Shown here in pieces: positions 40,173 through 54,300 of a DNA stretch of 59,656 nt. This DNA comes from Candidatus Palauibacter denitrificans (GTDB taxonomy: Bacteria > Gemmatimonadota > Gemmatimonadetes > Palauibacterales > Palauibacteraceae): the NCBI GenBank assembly GCA_009841015.1, contig VXMQ01000089.1, positions 1 through 59,656 on the forward strand. Reading direction: 5' to 3'. The translations under genes and the position numbers were made by a program. The notes below the pieces were generated by a model, which searched no databases, was not told the DNA's origin, and saw nothing but the letters and a program-made list of their open reading frames with translations. The stretch's first letter is position 1. Each line of letters begins with the position of its first letter.

Positions 40173-40281
40173 TTTGGGCAAGGGTCGGGCCAAGTGCAAG
40201 CGACGGGCCGGCCAGCGCACGGGGGACGGGCCGGGCGAAGCGTTGCCTGACGACGAGTGTTCAGGCAGCATCATGGAGGGG

Positions 40282-40312
40282 AGGATCAACGAAGGATCAA
40301 CGAAGGATCAAC
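40282..40312 (+). repeat. 11-bp tandem direct repeat, about 3 copies
   Basis: aggatcaacga aggatcaacga aggatcaac. Confidence 0.85.
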
Positions 40313-40338
40313 CGGGGGATCGCGGGTAGTACCTCACC

Positions 40339-40944
40339 ATGAACGGATTGGAAACGCTTCTGCGGCGGGTCGCGCTACGGGCCCGCCTTCACGCGGTCGC
40401 GGCGGCGGCCGCTTCGACCGTCCTGCTGGCGGCGGCCCCGCTCGCGGGCGGGATCCTGGCGCAGGAGCGGTCACCGGAGGCGGCGGGGGAACCCTCCCAG
40501 GAGTCGACGGTGCTCATGATTTGGGGAGGGGTTCGGGCCGACGGGGAACTCGTGCTCGAACCCGCCTTCGCGTACGAGGGGAGAGTCCGCCACCCCGGGG
40601 GGGTCGGCGACTACCGGGTGCGGGGGCTCGACGGCGAGGGGGAGACGCTGTTCTCGATCCGTTTCACGCCGGGCGAGATCTCGGATGGGAGCAAGGGCTT
40701 CTCCTACTCGATTCCGTTCGATCCCGCGTGGACGGAGGCGCTGGACCGGCTGGAACTCAGCGGGCCGGAGGGCGTGACGACCGTGGACCGGGAGGCCGGC
40801 GCGCGGGCGATGATGGTGATCGACCGCGCCAGCGGGCAGGTGCGGAGCCTCCTCCGCGACGCAGCCGCCGGGCTCCCGGCGGAGCTGGCGGCCGACAGTT
40901 CCGGCCTGAGGATCCTCCGCGGACTGCCGCGTCCCCCGGGCTGA
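40339..40944 (+). CDS. Secreted hypothetical protein
   Basis: Signal peptide ending ILA-QE; globular region LMIWGG...LEPAF...LSGPEG...GQVRSLLRD. Confidence 0.65.
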   Translation: MNGLETLLRRVALRARLHAVAAAAASTVLLAAAPLAGGILAQERSPEAAGEPSQESTVLMIWGGVRADGELVLEPAFAYEGRVRHPGGVGDYRVRGLDGEGETLFSIRFTPGEISDGSKGFSYSIPFDPAWTEALDRLELSGPEGVTTVDREAGARAMMVIDRASGQVRSLLRDAAAGLPAELAADSSGLRILRGLPRPPG

Positions 40945-41026
40945 CCGCGAAAGGTGTACGGCGTCGGCGCCGGTGTTAGCTTGAGCCGCGCCGGGCGGAG
41001 GCCTCATGGGGTCCGCCCCGCGTCCC

Positions 41027-43848
<2,822 letters not shown>

Positions 43849-43856
<8 letters not shown>

Positions 43857-44565
43857 CCCGCCGTTCCTCGGCGTCCGACGGAGCGGCTGAAAGCAGGTTC
43901 TGCGTCCAGGCCGCAACCTGTTCCATCTGCCGTTCGCGCTCGCCCGCCCACCGGCGCAGCCGGAGGGCATTGGCGACCAGGACGCCACCCCCGCCGAGCC
44001 CCATTAGCGCAGGGACCAGCAGCGCCGCGCCCTCCCTGCCGTCCGCGACCACGATGAAGGCGACGATCACCGCCATGACGGAAAACATGATGCCGACGAA
44101 GGTGGTTTCGAGCGCGTCGCCCTTGCGCGTGCCCAACCGGAGCCGGTGGCCGGATTCCGTCTGCTCGAGGACCGCGTGGAGGTTCCCGTTGCTCCATTCG
44201 CGGATCCCGCCCTCAGCCTTGACCTCGCCCTTCGCGTCGAACGTGGCCCGCAGTTCGGCGGTGAGGAATTGCCATTCACGATCCGTCAGCTCACGGGGGA
44301 GATCGACGATCCGGCCGGCGGAAATCGGAACGCCCAGCAGCTTTCGCCGCGGTACGACGCGCGGGGGCGCATCGAGTTCGGCGGCGGCGACGGCGACGCG
44401 CTCCGGGGAGAGCCCGACCTCGAGACCTACGGCCTGGAGTTCCTCAAGCGTCAGTCCGCCATCCACGCGAGATGGCAGGCCGGCGCGCTCCTCCTCGTCC
44501 GCCTCGGCGGCGCGCGCGAAGACCTGCCGTATTTCGTCTTCCCCGTATCTGCGTTCGCTGTCCAT
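43849..44565 (-). CDS. Hypothetical membrane protein (two TM helices)
   Basis: GLTLEELQAVGLEVGLSPE N-domain, two hydrophobic helices; coupled to the receptor gene. Confidence 0.7.
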
Positions 44566-44710
44566 GGCGGCGTGAATCTGTAGTCCATCGGTGGACGAGG
44601 GAAAGATCGCGACGGTCGAACCGATGATCGCGGGCCGGGCGCGCCGGACGCAGCTTATCGTCGTCCGCTTGGCCGACGGCGTCGGGAAGGGCGGGCAGCG
44701 AGAAGGCCGC

Positions 44711-45514
44711 CTAGGTGTCCTCTCGGCCCGTGGTCGGGGCAGCCGGCAGCTGGGTGATCGGAAATGCCTTGATCCCTTCGACGATTCCGCGGGCGGCCCG
44801 CTCCGGCGCCCCGAGGATGATTTCGCGATCCCGTGCGCTGGTCATGAACCCCGTCTCGATGATCAGGGCGATCGTCATCGGGTGGAGGGCGTGTTCGTAC
44901 CGGCGGTAGTTGAAGGCGTAGTAGTTCCTCATGCGGCGGGTCGAGACCGGCAGGTTCCGGAGTCCGGTCGCGGCGCCGTACGTCTCCCGGAGCACGCGCG
45001 CCGCTCCCTCGGCCCGGCCCGTGGCGTCGCGCTGCGGGGAGGCGACGCGGTATCCCGACGCGGCGGGGCTGTCGCTCCCGTCCGCGTGGATGGAGATGAA
45101 GAGGTGCGCCCGGTAGCCGGGGGGCACGACGGCGGGGAGGAGGTCGACCTCATAGCCCAGCGCCTCGAGTTCCGCGGCCGCCAGCCGGGCGATGGCGAGG
45201 TTCGCCTCCCACTCGGCGGTTTCCCGCCACCGCGTGCCGTTGTAGCGGATGCGGCGGAGTTCCTGCGGGGCCTGGTCGGCATGCCAGTGACCGACCTGGA
45301 GGCCGATCCGGATCGGGCCCGCGGGGGCCTCCCACTCCTCGGGCGTCGGGATGGGGCCGGGGTAGCGGTTGTAGTCCCGCCACCTGCGCCACCGCTCGCT
45401 CGCCGCGGCGCCACGTTCGGTAGCGCGCTGCTCCTGGGCCGCGGCGCGGCTCGCGCCGGGTCCCTCGAAACCGGAAAAAAGCACCAAGGCGGCGGTGAGT
45501 ACCGTCAGCTTCAA
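44711..45514 (-). CDS. N-acetylmuramoyl-L-alanine amidase (Amidase_3)
   Basis: IGLQVGH, EWEANLAIA, FISIHAD, IIETGF Zn motifs; TTG start after GGAGG. Confidence 0.8.
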   Translation of the reverse strand: MKLTVLTAALVLFSGFEGPGASRAAAQEQRATERGAAASERWRRWRDYNRYPGPIPTPEEWEAPAGPIRIGLQVGHWHADQAPQELRRIRYNGTRWRETAEWEANLAIARLAAAELEALGYEVDLLPAVVPPGYRAHLFISIHADGSDSPAASGYRVASPQRDATGRAEGAARVLRETYGAATGLRNLPVSTRRMRNYYAFNYRRYEHALHPMTIALIIETGFMTSARDREIILGAPERAARGIVEGIKAFPITQLPAAPTTGREDT

Positions 45515-45638
45515 ACCTGGACCTCCTCGCGAGCGCCGTCCCCACCCCTTCGCCCCCACGCCTTCAACCCCCGAACCGCTCCGGGCGTTTGACGCTAACC
45601 CGCGCGGCAACGGCTCGGCAACGGCGGCCCGCGACGTT

Positions 45639-48386
45639 CTAGCGGCAGCTCAGCCCGGGGCTCGCGGGGAGTCCCTCGGTCGCGGAGGCGGCGAGCGCGT
45701 TGAACAGGAGCTTGAACGTGTTGCGCGGCTGGCCGCGGAAGTGGGGCCGGAAGGCGAAGAGCACGACCTGGCCCGCGCCGACCTCGACCTGCGCGGCGGC
45801 CGGGTAGCCGGCGAGCACCTCCTCGCCGCCCAGCGTCCAGCCACTCACCAGGAAGTCCGCGTCGGCGTAGCACACCGGAGTCGAGACCCGGCCGACGTTG
45901 CCCGCCGTCCCGCCGCCGGTCCTCTCCAGCACCTGGCTGCGGGAGAAGAGGGCCATCGCGTCTTCGTCCATCCCGTAGCCGAGCGGGTGCGAGGGGTCGA
46001 CGTTGAGCCGAATCACGGATCCCGGAATGAAGAACTCCTGCGAGGAGAGCCCCCGAGTCCGGTTCCGGAAGGGGAGTCCGAAGGTCTCGATCGCGTAGTC
46101 CACCGCCTGGTCGAAGGCCACGAGCCAGCCCCCGCCGTCGACGAAGGCGCGGAGCGCCGCGGCGCCCGCTTCGCCGAGGCCGCCCGTGTACTCGTCCGGC
46201 ATGGTGCCCGGCAGGTTCCCGTTCTCGATCCCGCCCGGGGCCTGCGAGGGGAGGAGGATGGCGTCGAAGCGCGACAGGTCGCCGCCGCGCACGTCCGCGT
46301 CCCACACGTTTTCCCACTCGAAGCCGTACTCGTCCAGCACCCAGCGGGTCCAGCCCTCGGGCATCGGCGCCTGCCACGAGCGGTAGATCGCCACGCGCGG
46401 CGGCCGCGCCTCGGCGACGGCGCCGAGGGAGGGCGGGGAGGAGACGCCGGTGAGCGTGAGTCCGTGGTCGGCGGCGAGCGCACGGGCCTCATCGGCGGAC
46501 AGGTCGGGCAGCCAGTACGACCCCGCCGGGATGTCTCCGTCCGGCGTCGCGAGCACCTGCACGGTGCGGAAGCGCGCCGGGGCTTCGTCCGCGCCCCCGA
46601 CTTCGCCCGGGTCCCCGCCTGCGCCGGGCTCGCCGCCCGCGGCGGACAGCCCGCGGTAGATCGAGTTGGCGTTGCCGTGTACCGCGAACCCCGCCGCCCC
46701 CTCGCCGCGCACCTCTCCGATGTCGGTCGAGACCTCGCCCCAGTCGCCCGGCGGCATCTCGAACGGTTCCTCCACGTTCACCGCCTCGAGTCCCATCTGG
46801 AAGCGGAGTTCGTAGCCCGTCATGTCGTACGGCGGCTCCGGGGGCCCGCCGGGATACTGTCGCCGGTCGGGGTACTCCTTGGGCTCCATCAGGTCCACGA
46901 CGTACGGTCGGAAGGCCTGGGGCGGAATCACGTACGACCCGGCGGGGAAGGCGAGATCTCCCTCGGGCCCCGCCACCGAGAACGGCTCCGAAGCCCGCAG
47001 GAATTCGATCCCGGACCGCGACATCAGACCCATGAACTCGACGACCGCGCCCGGATCGTGGGAGGCCTGGGGGTCGAGCACGTAGGCGAACGGGCCGCCC
47101 TCGGCCGCGTTTCCGCGCTCGATCTGGCGCCGGCCCATGAGGTAGTGGTTGAAGAGGTATTCCTCCTTGAGCTTCGCGCCCATGTCCGCCACGGCCTTCG
47201 CCGCCGTCATCATGTAGTCCATGGCGTCTCGCAGGTGCCAGCAGCCGCCGAGCCACGGGTTGTTGTAGTTCGTCGAAGGCGTCTTCGCGGGCAGGTTCCC
47301 GGCGCGGGCTCCGAACGTGTCCGGGATCTCGTCCTCGTCGTAGCAGCGGGGCGTCGCGTAGCCCGCGCCCGCCGTCTCCGTCAGGAACCCGAGCATGTTG
47401 TGATAGTCGGGTCCGCCTCTCATGGAACCGTTCCACCACAGGTCGAAGACGATGCCGCTGTTGACGCCCGGCTTCCCCTCCTCGTCGAAGCGGCGCCGCA
47501 TCGAATGTCCCATCTGGTTCAGGGAACTCACGACGAGCGGATCGAGGTGCGGGTTCACGGGGTTCTCGAAGGGCGGCATCCAGATCCGCCCGGGGAAGGG
47601 GCTCGACTGATGCTGGTTATAGACGATCTGCGGAAACCAGGTGTGATACAGTTGCCGCGTGACCGCCTGCGTCTCGACCTGCGTCAGCATATACCAGTCG
47701 CGATTGTTGTCGTGCCCGATATAGTGATGGTAAAGCTCCGGGACGCGCGCCATCTCGAATTCGCCGCCCACATTCGACATGTACCAGTCGGCGACGATAT
47801 TCAGACCGTCCGGGTTCATGTTCGGCATCAGGAGGACGACCGCGTTCTCGCGCACGCGCCGGGTCTCCGGGGACTCGTCCGTGACGAAGTAGTGCGCCAT
47901 CTCGGGCATCAGCTGCCCGTGGGCGACCTCGGTGGCGTGCAGCCCGCCGTCGATCCACACGATGGCGACGCCCTCCCGCGCCAGCGCCCGCGCCTCCTCC
48001 TCGTCGAGGACCGATCCGTACCCCGCCGCCGGGTCACGGGCATAGGCCAGCGTCCGCGTGATCTCCCTGATCCGTTCCAGGCGACGGAGGTTGGACGGCG
48101 AGGAGATTGCGGCGAGATAGAGGGGCTCGCCGCGGGTGCTCTCCCCGATCTGCTCGAGCGCCATGCGGTCGGTGGAGGCCGCGAGCCCCTCGAAATACGC
48201 CTTGATCCCGTCGTAGTTCGTTAGCTTGTAGTCCTCGCCGGGCGCGAACCCGATGATCTCTGTGGGCACCGGCACGTCGGCGCTGCCGCCGCCCCCCGCC
48301 GAGCAGCCCGCGATCAACACGGCGCCGATCCACAATCCGGGCACCATCCGCCACCTGGCGGCCGGAGAGAGTCCCCTGGCGATCAT
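45639..48386 (-). CDS. M14 family zinc carboxypeptidase lipoprotein
   Basis: Lipobox LIAGC; GGLHATE, NPDG, HDNNRD, HQ; C-terminal GATase-like domain. Confidence 0.85.
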   Translation of the reverse strand: MIARGLSPAARWRMVPGLWIGAVLIAGCSAGGGGSADVPVPTEIIGFAPGEDYKLTNYDGIKAYFEGLAASTDRMALEQIGESTRGEPLYLAAISSPSNLRRLERIREITRTLAYARDPAAGYGSVLDEEEARALAREGVAIVWIDGGLHATEVAHGQLMPEMAHYFVTDESPETRRVRENAVVLLMPNMNPDGLNIVADWYMSNVGGEFEMARVPELYHHYIGHDNNRDWYMLTQVETQAVTRQLYHTWFPQIVYNQHQSSPFPGRIWMPPFENPVNPHLDPLVVSSLNQMGHSMRRRFDEEGKPGVNSGIVFDLWWNGSMRGGPDYHNMLGFLTETAGAGYATPRCYDEDEIPDTFGARAGNLPAKTPSTNYNNPWLGGCWHLRDAMDYMMTAAKAVADMGAKLKEEYLFNHYLMGRRQIERGNAAEGGPFAYVLDPQASHDPGAVVEFMGLMSRSGIEFLRASEPFSVAGPEGDLAFPAGSYVIPPQAFRPYVVDLMEPKEYPDRRQYPGGPPEPPYDMTGYELRFQMGLEAVNVEEPFEMPPGDWGEVSTDIGEVRGEGAAGFAVHGNANSIYRGLSAAGGEPGAGGDPGEVGGADEAPARFRTVQVLATPDGDIPAGSYWLPDLSADEARALAADHGLTLTGVSSPPSLGAVAEARPPRVAIYRSWQAPMPEGWTRWVLDEYGFEWENVWDADVRGGDLSRFDAILLPSQAPGGIENGNLPGTMPDEYTGGLGEAGAAALRAFVDGGGWLVAFDQAVDYAIETFGLPFRNRTRGLSSQEFFIPGSVIRLNVDPSHPLGYGMDEDAMALFSRSQVLERTGGGTAGNVGRVSTPVCYADADFLVSGWTLGGEEVLAGYPAAAQVEVGAGQVVLFAFRPHFRGQPRNTFKLLFNALAASATEGLPASPGLSCR

Positions 48387-48506
48387 CGGCTCCGTCCTCC
48401 CGTCTGTCGATGCGGCCGGTGCTGAGTCTACGACGTTCATGTACGATCTCCCTCGCGCGGGACCGTTGTATCGAAGAAAGGGTCGCAATGCTCAACGTGC
48501 AATCCG

Positions 48507-51341
48507 TCAGTTGGGGACGACTCGGACCACTTGGCCGTTGTGGTCGACGACCCGGATGGGGCCGCGGAGGATGTCGTCGCCGTAGGGGATCATGCGTGCG
48601 GGCGTCGCGCGGGCGCTGCCCGTGGAGCCCGGAATCCGGTAGGTCTCGGCGAGCCCGACCTTGACCGAGTACCCGAGGTCCGCCAGCGACTGGACGGTGA
48701 TGAGGCTCAGGAGATCGCGTTCGCCGACCGCCTGGAAGGGCGTCATCAACTCGTCGCCCAGCACGGATTCCCGCCAGTGTGTGTCCGCTGCCCCGGGTCC
48801 CGACGTGTTTTCGACCGGCACTTTCTCGCCGTCGTTGTAATGGGCTCCGCCCCGCTCGTCGAACGCGGCGATGGCCAGCGGTCCCCTGAAATGCGTGTCC
48901 GCTCCCGTATTGTGAACGGACGGATTCCGCAGCAGGCCGTGGTCGACCCACACCGTCCCGATCCCCAGGACATGGCCGATCTCGTGCAGGATCACCTCCT
49001 CTACATCCTTGAGGTTCCCCTCTTCCTCGAGCCGCGCCAGATCCGTCGCGTCGAGTTCCAGGGCGCCGACGGCGGGCAGGCGGGACTCATCGCGAACGAC
49101 GCAGGGGCCTGCCCGGGCCAGGACGCCGTCCTCGCCGTCGATCTCCCGGACGGACGCCACGATCACGATGTCGTCAGCGGTGCCGATTCGCTGGTCCGTC
49201 GTGATGTCCCAGCAGCCAGGCGCCACATCCTGGCCGAGAGGGACATCCTCCAGTTCCGTGTCCACCAGAATGGCCGTCCAGAAGCTCACCGCGTCGGCCA
49301 GGGCCTCCGCCTGCGACTCCGTCACCGCGTCCAGCAGGATCAGGTCGATGTCGAAGGGCCGTGACGCCGCTTCTCGCACAAGCACAGGGAAGGAAAGCTC
49401 CGCGGTCGCGCCCGGCGGGTCGGTCGCGGTCAGGGTCACCGTCGTGGAACCCGCGGCCCCGGGCGTCAGCGTCACGACGCCGTCCTCGGCGGTCACCGTC
49501 ACGACGGCGGCGTCGGCCGTGGCGCCCGAGATGCGCAGGGCGGCGCCCTCGGGATCCCGGAAGTAGTCCAACGCCGTGAACGCGGTCGGATGGGCGCCCG
49601 ACTGCATGCGCTGCGTCGCCACTTCTCGCTCCGGCACGGGTGGAGCGTTCGTCCCTTCCCCGAAGAGGACGAGCGGGTCCTCCACTCCGATCTCGATTCC
49701 CGTCACCCCTCCCGGGACCGCGGGCGCCGGGCCCGCCACCACCTGGACTTCGTCCTGGCCGCCCCCGGTCGCGGTCACCGTGATCTCCGCGCTCCGTTCG
49801 CTCCCCGCTTCGAGGACCGCCGTCTCCGACGAGAGCGTGCCACCCCAGGCGGAGAGGGGAACCGTCATGGCGAACGGTGCCCCCTCGGCCACGGCGAGCG
49901 CGATCCGCGCGGGACCAGTGGCGGCGGGGTCCGGATTGTCCGTTCGCCCGAGCTCGAGCGCGAGGGCGAACGGGGCCCCCGGGTTCTCCGCCAGGAGCAG
50001 CGTGTCGAGGCTGGACAAGCCGACGAACATCCGCTCCGGCAGCGCCGCCAGGCGGTTCCCGTCCAGCCGAAGCACGCGGAGCGCGGAGGATCCCGAGAGC
50101 AGCCCCGCGGGAAGCTCGGCGAGCCGATTGTCGTACAGGCGCAGCGACTCCAGGCGGGAGAGGTCTGCGAACGCGCCCTCCGGCAGCGAAGCGAGCGCGT
50201 TCCGGTCCAGCCGCAGCTCCCGGAGGCTGGAGAGGCCCGCGAACAGACTCGCGGGAAGCGTCTCGATCCCGCTGTCCTGAAGCAGCAGGCTCTCGAGCCC
50301 GGAGAGTCCGCCGAAGGCGCCTCCCTCGAGCCTTCCGATACGACCGTTGCCGAGGTAGAGCCACTTCAGGCCGCTCAAGCCGGCGAACACGCCGTCGCCC
50401 AGGGTCGCGAAGTCGTTGCCGCCCAGGTGCAGCCGCTCCAGGCTCGCGAGTTCCGCGAACGCTCCCGCCGGCAGCGTGGCGAGCGCGTTGGCACGCACCT
50501 CCAGCGTCTCCAGGGCCGCGAGTCCCGCAAACGATTCGGCCGACAGCGTGGTCAGCGCGTTGTCGCCCAGATCCAGCGTCTTCAGGCGCGCGAGCCCCGC
50601 GAAGGCAGCGGCGGGCAGCGTCTCGAATCCGTTGTTTCGCAGGCGCAGCGTCTCGAGGTTTGTGAGATCGACGAATGCGCCCACGGGAAAGGCGGTGAAG
50701 CCGACGCCGGAGAGGTCCAGGTATCGGAGGTTGTGCAGGCCCGAAAGATCGCCTGGCCTGAGCGTGGGTATCTCGATGCCCGCGAGGTTCAGCGAGGTGA
50801 CCGCCAGGTGCGCCGTGGTCACCGCCGAGCAGCGGTCGGCGCGGCTGCGGGCGACGAGTGCGTCCCGGATCTCCGGAGTGCGGTCGCAAACGCCTTCCGC
50901 GATTGTCACCCGCGTCGAGGTGGTTGCGCCCAGTCGATATCCCGCATCCGTGGCCGGCGCATCCAGGCTGAAGAGGAAGGCTTCGCGCACGGGCTCGATG
51001 TCGTCGTCGTCCCGGATCGCGATCCGGACCTCCGCGACGCCCACCCCCGCGGGAACGGAGACCGAACCATCGGCGCGGTAGTCCGCCGTGTCCGCGTCCG
51101 CGGTGGCCGGGTCTTCATCCGCGCTCAGCGTGTAGCGGAGGATGATGGGCGAGGCTGGCGGGGGATCGAGACGGACGGGCACGATCGCGTCCAGGCCCTC
51201 GAATGCGTCAGGCGCCAGGGCGTGGATCGTCGCCACCGGCGTCGGCGCGGGTTCGGGCGGCGAGGTCGTGCCGCCGTCGCACGCGGCCAGCGCCGCCACG
51301 ATGCACGCCAGCGTCCACCTGCTCCGGGTCGGATCCACCAT
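48507..51341 (-). CDS. Lipoprotein with Calx-beta-like, leucine-rich repeat, Ig-like and leishmanolysin-like (M8) zinc protease domains
   Basis: Lipobox LAAC; IRDDDDIEP..EAF; about ten 24-aa LxxLxLxxNxLxxLPxxxFxxL repeats; TVTLTATDP; HEIGHVLG...HW...ELM metzincin pattern. Confidence 0.85.
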   Translation of the reverse strand: MVDPTRSRWTLACIVAALAACDGGTTSPPEPAPTPVATIHALAPDAFEGLDAIVPVRLDPPPASPIILRYTLSADEDPATADADTADYRADGSVSVPAGVGVAEVRIAIRDDDDIEPVREAFLFSLDAPATDAGYRLGATTSTRVTIAEGVCDRTPEIRDALVARSRADRCSAVTTAHLAVTSLNLAGIEIPTLRPGDLSGLHNLRYLDLSGVGFTAFPVGAFVDLTNLETLRLRNNGFETLPAAAFAGLARLKTLDLGDNALTTLSAESFAGLAALETLEVRANALATLPAGAFAELASLERLHLGGNDFATLGDGVFAGLSGLKWLYLGNGRIGRLEGGAFGGLSGLESLLLQDSGIETLPASLFAGLSSLRELRLDRNALASLPEGAFADLSRLESLRLYDNRLAELPAGLLSGSSALRVLRLDGNRLAALPERMFVGLSSLDTLLLAENPGAPFALALELGRTDNPDPAATGPARIALAVAEGAPFAMTVPLSAWGGTLSSETAVLEAGSERSAEITVTATGGGQDEVQVVAGPAPAVPGGVTGIEIGVEDPLVLFGEGTNAPPVPEREVATQRMQSGAHPTAFTALDYFRDPEGAALRISGATADAAVVTVTAEDGVVTLTPGAAGSTTVTLTATDPPGATAELSFPVLVREAASRPFDIDLILLDAVTESQAEALADAVSFWTAILVDTELEDVPLGQDVAPGCWDITTDQRIGTADDIVIVASVREIDGEDGVLARAGPCVVRDESRLPAVGALELDATDLARLEEEGNLKDVEEVILHEIGHVLGIGTVWVDHGLLRNPSVHNTGADTHFRGPLAIAAFDERGGAHYNDGEKVPVENTSGPGAADTHWRESVLGDELMTPFQAVGERDLLSLITVQSLADLGYSVKVGLAETYRIPGSTGSARATPARMIPYGDDILRGPIRVVDHNGQVVRVVPN

Positions 51342-51345
51342 CAGA

Positions 51346-54300
51346 TCACCGTGAAGACCTCCCGTAACCGGTCGCCCGGTCGGCGGAGATGTAGCCGTCG
51401 AGGATGTCTTCCCTTACCCGGTCGGTCGGGCGCCGTGCCGGGTCGCCGAGGCCGCCGCCCCCCGGCGTCTCCAGCACGATGCGCCGGTCGGGGGGGACGA
51501 CCTCGCGGCCCTTGGGCCGGAACTCGCCCACGCCGGGCACATGGACGCGCCCCGCGGCGCCGTCCCCGCCACCGTCGCGTCCCCGCGCCGGGTTGCGGAC
51601 CCGCTCGAACATCTTGGAGACGGCGAACGCCTCGCCGTCCGCGTGGGAGATCTCCATCACCTGGCCGAGGCCGCCCCGGAACTCGCCGGGACCGCCGGAG
51701 TCGGGGAGGTACTCCTTCCGCCAGAAGATGAGCGGCGCGACCGTCTCCGTGATCTCGATCGGCGTGCTGCGGACCCCGGAGGGGAACGCCGTCGCCGAGA
51801 GCCCGTCCTTCCCCGGGCGGGCCCCCGTACCGCCGGCGTGGAAGGGGTTCACGACGAACGCCTCGCCGCCGTAGGGGTGGGCGCCGGTCAGTCCCGGCCC
51901 GGCCATGATAACGGGGTTCCAGAGGCACGACGCGCCTTCCGCGGGGACGGCGCCGGGCTCCAGCGCCTGTTCGAGGCAGCCCAGGACGACATCCGGCAGC
52001 ATCTGGCCGATCGCGTGGCGCGCGGAGACGGCCGCGGGAGGGGGCGCGTTGAGAAGCGATCCGGGCGGAGCGGCGACTTCGATCGCCGCCAGCGACCCCG
52101 CGTTGTTCGGGACCTCGGAACCGACGATGCAGCGCACGCCGAACGAACTGTACGCGCGCGTATAGGTCACCGGGACGTTGATGCCGCGCGACGACATCGG
52201 CGACGTGCCGTCCCAGTCGATCGTGATGGTCCCGTCGGGCAGGACCGTGAGGGCGCACACGAGGTCGAGATCCTCGTCGTAGCCGTCGATCCGCATCCGG
52301 TTCCGGTACGTCCCCGGGCGGAGCGCCCCGATCCGCTCCCGCATCGCGCGCCGGGAGGCGGAGATGATCGTCTCCGCCAGCGGCTCCAGGGAATCGATCC
52401 CGAACTCCATCATCATCGCCACCAGCCGCTCGGACCCCGTGCGGTTGCAGGCGGCCAGCGAGTAGAGGTCGCCCTGGGCGACATCCGGGTCCCGCACGTT
52501 CGCCCGCACGAGTCGCATGAGCGTCTCGTCCACCCGTCCGCCGCGGATCAGATAGCCGATGGGAAGGCGGATCCCCTCCTCGAACACCTGGTTCGCGTCC
52601 GCCCCGAAGCCGCGTCCGCCGACATCGGCGATGTGGCTCGTGGCCGCGAACAGCGCCACCGGTCGCCCGTCCAGGAACGTCGGCGTGACCACCGTGAAGT
52701 CGTTGAGGTGTCCCGTGCCTTCCCAGGGATCGTTGGTGATGAGGACATCGTCCTCGTGCAGTGTGTCTACGGGGAAATCCCGGAGGAAGAACCCGACGGA
52801 GGCGGCCATCGCGTTGACGTGGCCCGGCGTGCCCGTGACCGCCTGCGCGAGCATGCGCCCGGAGAGGTCGAACACGCCGGCGGAGAGGTCGCCCGCTTCC
52901 CGCACCGGGGTCGAGAACGCCGTCCGCACCAGGGTCCGCGCCTGCTCCTCCACCACGGACAGCAGCCGGCTCCACATGATCTGCCCTTCGAGCGCCGCGA
53001 TCCCCGTTTGGGCGCCGGTGGCCGCCACGCCGACCGCATCCGCCGTGCCCGCTGCACCCTCTGCTGCCGCCCCCTCCGCAGCCCTCCGCTCGCTTGCCTT
53101 CCGCTCGACGAGGAGGTGGCCGCCGGCGACGGCCCGCGCGTCCCAGCCGTCCGGGACCACGGTCGTCGTCTGATCTTCCGCAATCAGCGCCGGGCCCTCG
53201 ACGCGGGTTCCCTCCGCAAGCGTCCCTCGCGTGTAGACGGTCGCCGTCGCCGACTCGCCGCCGGGTCCGTCCCACAGTTCGGTCCGGCGCTCGGGCTCCG
53301 GTTTCCGCGCAGCGGCTCGCCCCCCTGAAGACGTTCCCGCGGGAACGTCCGTGGGCTCCGTAGCGGGCGCCGACACGACGAGCGTCCAGCTCAGAACTTC
53401 GATGTCCAGCCCCGGGATCGTACGTCCGTACACCGCCTCGTAGCCGCGGTCGAACGCGTTGCGCAGCGCCGCCGCGTCCTCGACGTCGCCGGGGAGGTCG
53501 ACGCCGATCTCGTGCCCCTGCCCGACATAGCGCATGTAGGCGCGCGCCTTCTCACTCGTCGGCGCGCCCGGCGCCCCGCGCGAGACCACGGCCTCGGCCT
53601 CCGCCCGCATCTCATCGAACACCTCTCGCACGACAGCGGGATCGAAGCCGGACAGGCGCATGTAGCGACTGCGCACGACCTCGTAGGAGATGGGGGCAAG
53701 GAGGAAGCCCACGGCCGACCCCACGCCCGCGTCGGCCGGGATGAGGAAGCGGTCCACCTCCAGCTTGTCCGCCAGGCGCGCGGCGTGGATGGGGGCGGAG
53801 CCGCCGAAGGCGATGAGCGTGCGGCCCGCCACCCCCTTCCCCCACTCGATCGCGTGGGTGCGGGCAGCGTTGGACATGTTCTCGTCCACCATCTCGCTGA
53901 TCCCGAGCGCGGCGAACGTCGCGTCGAGCCCCAGTCCCCGCCCGACGCGGGATTCGATCGCGGCCTCCGCCCGCCCCCGGTCGAGGGAGATCGAGCCTCC
54001 GGCAAAAGACTCCGGGTCGATCCGCCCAAGGACGACATCGGCGTCCGTCACCGTGGGCTCGTCCCCGCCCCGGCCGTACGCCGCCGGCCCCGGCTCCGAA
54101 CCGGCGCTCCCCGGGCCGACCTGGATCCGCTCCAGGTCGTCAACCCCGGCGATCGACCCGCCCCCGGCCCCGATCTCGACCATTTCGATCACGGGAATCC
54201 GCACCGGCAGCCCGCTCCCCTGCTTGAAGCGGTAGCTGCGGGCGACCTCGAACGTGCGGGAGTGGAGCGGCCGCCCTCCGTCGATCACGCACAGCTTCGC

